Source: Octopus sinensis
Taxonomy: Eukaryota
DNA length: 64,000 bases
NCBI RefSeq assembly: GCF_006345805.1
Contig: NC_043005.1
Span: forward strand, 7,502,001-7,566,000
Reading direction: 5' to 3'
Shown: positions 53,601 to 64,000 of the stretch, in pieces
How positions within the stretch are numbered: position 1 is the stretch's first letter
How the letters are laid out: each line of letters starts with the position of its first letter
The notes under the pieces: model-generated
Told to the model about the DNA's origin: nothing
Seen by the model: the letters and a program-made list of their open reading frames with translations, nothing else
Database searches by the model: none
Translations under genes and position numbers: made by a program

Positions 53601-53659
53601 ATATGTAGAAAGTAAAAATACTTGTTTAAACCTGCGTTAACTCCATTTTTTATTCATAT
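50656..53659 (+). mobile_element. Penelope-like retroelement (Naiad-like), frameshifted, with ~145-bp direct repeats
   Basis: RT motifs FDISNFYSSI, IPMGSSDSAQIADL, GLYRDD, NFLDITL; C-terminal GIY-YIG (SIYQC...FYIGST) and CxxC...CxH tail; direct repeats 50656-50800 and 53516-53659; (TA)n on both sides. Clade assignment is from recalled motifs. Confidence 0.88.
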
Positions 53660-53661
53660 AT

Positions 53662-53703
<42 letters not shown>

Positions 53704-53740
53704 TACATATACATATATATATACATATATATATATATAT

Positions 53741-55332
53741 AATTAATCAAAATAAAAACATGATGCCAAGGATTCAGCGGTACATATGTTTCAGGCCTTT
53801 ATTAGACGGATTTATAACAATGCATAATGTGTGTCTGTGGCCTTCTTCGGCCGCGCACAACTACTACCTCAAGGACATGTATTACATAAAAAATTCTACG
53901 TTGGGGATGCAAATCCTCTCATTCCCGTACGACATAATGCGGCAACAGCATAAAAATGAAGCGTCCATCTCGTCCTTCTCTCAATGTAGAATGAGGAAGT
54001 TTGGATGTTGAGGTAATATAAATAAATGAATAAATAAATATATACATATATAAATACAGACAGACGTGAAGGAACCTAATAATAAGAGCAAATAGAGATA
54101 AAGATGGAGGGGCGAGAATTCAGGACGAAGGATAAAAAATATATAAAAAGTGTAAGTATAGAAAAATATAAAAATGTGGAGTGTAAAGATATAAAGAGAT
54201 ATAAAAAATCTAAAAAAATATAAATGAATATAAAGGTATAAAGTTATAAAAAAATAAAAAAAATAAAAAAAATAAAAAATAAAAAAAATAAAATAAATAG
54301 AAAAGATTATCAGAAGTATAAAGGGTATAAGAGTGTAGGAATGTAAAAGAATATAAGGATAAGGGATATATAGTAGTTACGGACCAAACATGGTGGTCAG
54401 GAAAATGACAAATTCTGGTTGTAGAAGCGTTGGGTGTCATAAATCAACCGGGGCGTCTGGGGACCTAGTGTATTGTAAATTAGAGTTGTTGAGCCGCTTA
54501 TCTAGTTCTTCGTAACGTATTAAGTGGTCATCATGTACATACGTACCCGCATGGATACATACACCCATATACACGCGCACATATACGCACGCATACGCAA
54601 CTACACGCATACAAGCATACATACGTACTCTCGTGTAAACATATACAGATATACATGGAAAAAGGCGCATGTAGTTGGGTACACGAACCGACGCGCACAC
54701 GTACGTACCTACATACACTCACACTTCTATATATCCCTTATCCTTATATTCTTTTACATTCCTACACTCTTATACCCTTTATACTTCTGATAATTTTTTT
54801 TATTTTTTTATTTTTTTTTTTTTTTATAACTTTATACCTTTATATTCATTTATATTTTTTGATATTTTTTGATATCTCTTTATATCTTTACACTCCACAT
54901 TTTTATATTTTTCTATACTTACACTTTTATATATTTTTTATCCTTCGTCCTGAATTCTCGCCCCTCCATCTTTATCTCTATTTGCTCTTATTACCAGGTT
55001 CCTTCACGTCTGTCTGTATTTATATATGTATATATTTATTTATTCATTTATTTATATTAACTCAACATCCAAACTTCCTCATTCTACATTGAGAGAAGGA
55101 CGAGATGGACGCTTCATTTTTATGCTGTTGCCGCATTATGTCGTACGCGAATGAGAGGATTTGCATCCCCAACGTAGAATTTTTTATGTAATACATGTCC
55201 TTGAGGTAGTAGTTGTGCGCGGCTGAAGAAGGCCACAAACACACATTATGCATTGTTATAAATCCGTCTAATAAAGGCCCGAAACATATGTACCGCTGAA
55301 TCCTTGGCATCATGTTTTTATTTTGATTAATT
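53741..55332. repeat. Long inverted repeat (arms 53741-54373 and 54727-55332, ~350-bp spacer)
   Basis: Arm 2 is the reverse complement of arm 1 (the ORF track shows the same peptide RIQRYICF.PLLDGF... on both strands). Confidence 0.9.
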
Positions 55333-55419
55333 TACTCCACCACCTACACCACCAAACGGTATATACAGGTGCTTACAATTATCAAGTACTCACCCTGAAT
55401 TTCTGTACCCAACTCACCT

Positions 55420-55455
<36 letters not shown>

Positions 55456-55460
55456 TATAT

Positions 55461-55524
<64 letters not shown>

Positions 55525-55593
55525 GTAGGTCCCGGGTTGAGTCGGGGTTAACCACAGTAAATAAGGTACTCAATACATAGCAGAGTAAATTAA

Positions 55594-55753
55594 TTTATTT
55601 TATAGAAGGAGCTTCTACAGGACTAGAACTGTTTCATTCAAAAGAAATCATCAGGAAGCTAGTAGACAAGAGTTCTCTTGTCTACTAGCTTCCTGATGAT
55701 TTCTTTTGAATGAAACAGTTCTAGTCCTGTAGAAGCTCCTTCTATAAAATAAA
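55594..55753. repeat. Perfect palindrome: 79-bp arms, 2-nt spacer
   Basis: 55594-55672 pairs base for base with 55675-55753 around TT. Confidence 0.95.
55687..55737 (+). ncRNA. Minimal type I hammerhead ribozyme motif (mirror copy on - strand at 55610-55660)
   Basis: agcttc-CTGATGA-t ttc tttt gaa t-GAAA-cag ttctagtc ctg-TA-gaagct: stem I 6 bp, full core, stem III 4 bp, GUA cleavage triplet; first stem II pair is a U-U mismatch. Confidence 0.7.
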
Positions 55754-55754
55754 A

Positions 55755-55865
55755 TATATATAAATACATAATTATATATACATATATATATATATATTAT
55801 ATATATATATATATATTATATATATATATATATTATATATATATATATTATATACATATATATAT

Positions 55866-55896
<31 letters not shown>

Positions 55897-55924
55897 CCAC
55901 ATATATATATACATATATATATAC

Positions 55925-56004
<80 letters not shown>

Positions 56005-56041
56005 CATATATATATATTATATATACATATATATATATACA

Positions 56042-56072
<31 letters not shown>

Positions 56073-56088
56073 ATATAATATATATATT

Positions 56089-56126
<38 letters not shown>
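55755..56126. repeat. (TA)n microsatellite
   Basis: Direct reading. Confidence 0.97.
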
Positions 56127-60812
<4,686 letters not shown>

Positions 60813-60858
60813 ACGGGAAGCTTTATGAAAATAAACAAAAGACGAAGGCAGGTTTACG

Positions 60859-60900
<42 letters not shown>

Positions 60901-61782
60901 TATATATACTGACAAGGCGGCGAGCTGGCAGAATCGTTAGCACGCCATATATATATATATATATATATATACACACTGAATGAACAGATGAATGTATACA
61001 TTTATCAATTTGTTTTGCAAGATTCCTGATGTGAAATCATGTGTTGAAACAGATATTGTCGTATTTTAGGATGGTCATCCCCCCACTCCAAATAATTTAC
61101 ATACATGCACATAATTGTTTTATAAAATCTTTTGAACTTTCAAAATATTATTCCAAATGACTGAAATATGTGTTATAGAAGAACTCTTGAAAAATAATCA
61201 ATTACAGATGATGGCAGACCAATGTCGAAATTACCCAATTTGCAAAGTTCCAACAAGAAATATATTCGACAACTTCAGACTAATCTATATGAGAGGAAAA
61301 TATGGTTAACTGGAGATCTTAAATTAAATAAGTTATTCTGCTGGCCATGCTTGTTATTTAGTTTGAAAAAAATTGTTTGGAGTAATTTAGATCACTGGTT
61401 CTCAAACTTTAAAAAAAATTTACATGCTGGTCCCCTTACAGCTTTTTTCGATGATTCCCACTTCCCTATAAAATGCAGGATAATTAACATGGAAAAAATG
61501 GCACACATTCATGTACTGTAATTTCTGGACTGTGAACCGCAATCCTGAAAACTACAACTTAATCCACACAATGCCCCATTGGGATACAATAAATATACAT
61601 GAAAATACAGGGAATCAGTTGATCAATTGGTTACAAACAAATGAGAAACGAAAACAGTTTGAAAATATCCCAAGCATCCAGCATTAACAACTGCATAAGA
61701 CCCATTTATGTCTGTTTGGCAGAAAGAAACCGTGGGTTATACATGGAAACTACGATATATATATGTATATATACGGTATATT

Positions 61783-62020
61783 AGGCGGCAAGCTGGCAGA
61801 AACGTTAGCACGCCGGGCGAAATGCTTAGCCATATTTCGTCTGCCGTTACGTTCTCAGTTCAAATTCCACCGAGGTCGACTTTGCCTTTCATCCTTTCGG
61901 GGTTGATAAATTAAGTATCAGTTACACACTGGGGTCGATATAATCGACTTAATCCGTTTGTCTGTCCTTGTTTGTCCTCTCTGTGTTTGGCCCCTTGTGG
62001 GTAGTAAAGAAATAGGTATA
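61783..62020 (+). mobile_element. SINE with Deu/Nin-like core
   Basis: Same family; further pieces at 60912-60947 and 63911-64000. Confidence 0.85.
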
Positions 62021-62311
62021 AATATGTACATGAGAGTGGTTCTTGAACTTTTGGCATCCCCTTCCCCTTTCACCATGTTTGGGATGCTATTCCTCCCCAT
62101 TGTCAGGTCATTCCTCATATTGATTATCCAAGTGAGGCATTCCAACCAATTTAGCTTTTTTCGGCAAAAGTTTCGGCAGAAGTTTCTGCAATTGGACCAC
62201 TAGTATGCAAGGAAACCCACAATTTTAGTAGAAACACTGTCTTCTCCTCCTCCCCTGGAGGATTGCCATCCCTTTTCCTGAATCACTGGTAAATAACATG
62301 ACAACAAAAAA

Positions 62312-62680
62312 TCTTTATATATAAAAGTGAAGTTGTGTGTCAGTCTCCTGCAATTTAGATTCCTAACTACTCCCACATCTTGCGGTGCAGTTTAACCAAA
62401 AGCGGTTATCTTATAGACGTGATTCATATTGAGCCCTTCTGGGTATTAGCGCGCGTCTACGATGAGTCTACGATTTAAAAAAAAATTTACCATCATTTTT
62501 TCCCATTTTTAATGCATTTTTTTGGCTACGATGAGTCTACGAATTAAAAAAAAATTTTCCATAATTTTTCCGCATTTTTAATGCATTTTCGATCGATTTA
62601 TATAAGGGAAGTAACTGTCTATAAATGCTTATATAGTTATTTCCCTTACAAACCCAAGCAACGCCGGGCGATACTGCTAG
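62312..62680 (+). mobile_element. Non-autonomous Helitron family B
   Basis: TC...CTAG termini, A|T site. Confidence 0.9.
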
Positions 62681-64000
62681 TACTATATAAGAAACTATTC
62701 ACAACAGCACACCGTCTGTCATTTTATATACAGCAAAGTAACCACCTCTTCTATGTTCGGCTTTGTTTTAGAGAGGGCAACTCTCATTTCTGGTGTGATA
62801 TCCAGTCGATTTTGTGACTTAGTTTTGATGGCAAGGAAAGTGGAAAATGCGGTCTCACACATAGGTAGTTGGAAATGGCATTATATTGCATTAATAAATC
62901 AAGCTATTGGAATTACTGCAGACTCCCTAGCTCACAGTATATGGACACAGATCATATGTCAGTAGCCAGCTGGAAAAGATGTCTTGCTAAGGCTAAAAAG
63001 TAGTAATATTGTCCTACGTAGGACTGCCACTTTGCATTGGCAAATAGACTTTACTGTACAGTACTGTTACTACTTATTTCTCGCTCAGAGATTTAAAACT
63101 AGTTGTTTTTCTCTTTATGAGATCAGCGACTGTGTGTTACTTTAAAAGTATATACTGTGAGCAAGTGCAAGTGGCTGCCATCTCTAGCCGATGGTTGTCT
63201 TGTACCAATGAAGGGAAATTACCCAGAAACCATTGATCTACAAGTATCGCTATGGCTAGAAAGGGAGCAATAGAGTCCCTTTCTTGCAATATACGGACAC
63301 AGATCATGTGTCAGTAACCAGCTGGAAAAGCTGTTACATCATCCTACATAGATCTGCCACTTTGCATTGGCAAGTAGACTTTACTGTAAAGATATGCTTG
63401 TTTTCTGTATAATGGACATAGAATGTGCTGGGGGATTGCCGTTGTCTGTTTCCAAATAGGAAACATATAGCTAGTGCACAGTGGTTAAAGCAAGATATAG
63501 TTTCATAGGAAGTTAGTTATTATAAACAGTTAGAAGTTCAAGGATGTAAGAAAACAGTAGATTAACTGTGGTAAGGACAAACAATAACAACTACTACTTA
63601 GAATGATAAGTAGACTAGAAGTTGTTTTAAATAATTGAAAACAAACCAGGATAAGCAATTTCCAAATTTCTCCATGGTCAGTCACAATTTTCAAGGGAAG
63701 CAGGAAGCAAACATCATTTGTGTGAGGGTGATGCTCTTTTACAACCATTATATGTTGTCAAGAAAATGCTTCACACATGTATCTACTTATCTTTCTATTA
63801 TCTATATATCTATCTACACACACACACACACACAATGACCCATTTCAGGTTTCCATCGACCAAATCTAGTCACATGGTTTTGGTCAACCTGAAGCTATAA
63901 TAAATGACAAGACGGCAAGCTGGCAGAAACGTTAGCACGCCGGGCGAAATGCGTAGTCGTATTCCGTCTGTCGTTACGTTCTGAGTTCAAGTTCCGCCGA

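Overview
Eukaryotic, AT-rich, microsatellite- and transposon-dense genomic DNA. The SINE, RTE and Helitron repertoire looks octopod (cephalopod); that is an inference, not a proven origin. The ORF track misses the main host feature: a minus-strand gene with 12 coding exons in the window (46854 down to 585, continuing past the left edge). It encodes a signal peptide, an LRRNT cap, nine 72-nt phase-2 LRR exons, an LRRCT and the start of a Cys-rich (possibly Ly6/three-finger-like) domain; splicing all exons gives 370 codons with no stop. One LRR exon is present three times (29763-29834, 37187-37258, 40178-40249) because it lies inside a ~15 kb tandem array built of Rep/helicase Helitron 3' end + host intron/exon + non-autonomous Helitrons. 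The middle exon copy has 5 substitutions in 72 nt (3 amino-acid changes), while ~635 nt of flanking intron differ by about 7. An older exon duplication (16800 vs 22318) suggests repeated LRR expansion. Right of the gene are a Naiad-like Penelope element with direct repeats, a ~600-bp inverted-repeat element, a perfect 160-bp palindrome carrying back-to-back hammerhead-ribozyme motifs, and a full-length but disrupted CR1/L2-group LINE whose ORF1 has Myb/SANT-like and CCCH motifs. Exon and repeat-junction coordinates were indexed by hand; relic boundaries are approximate. No database searches were run.
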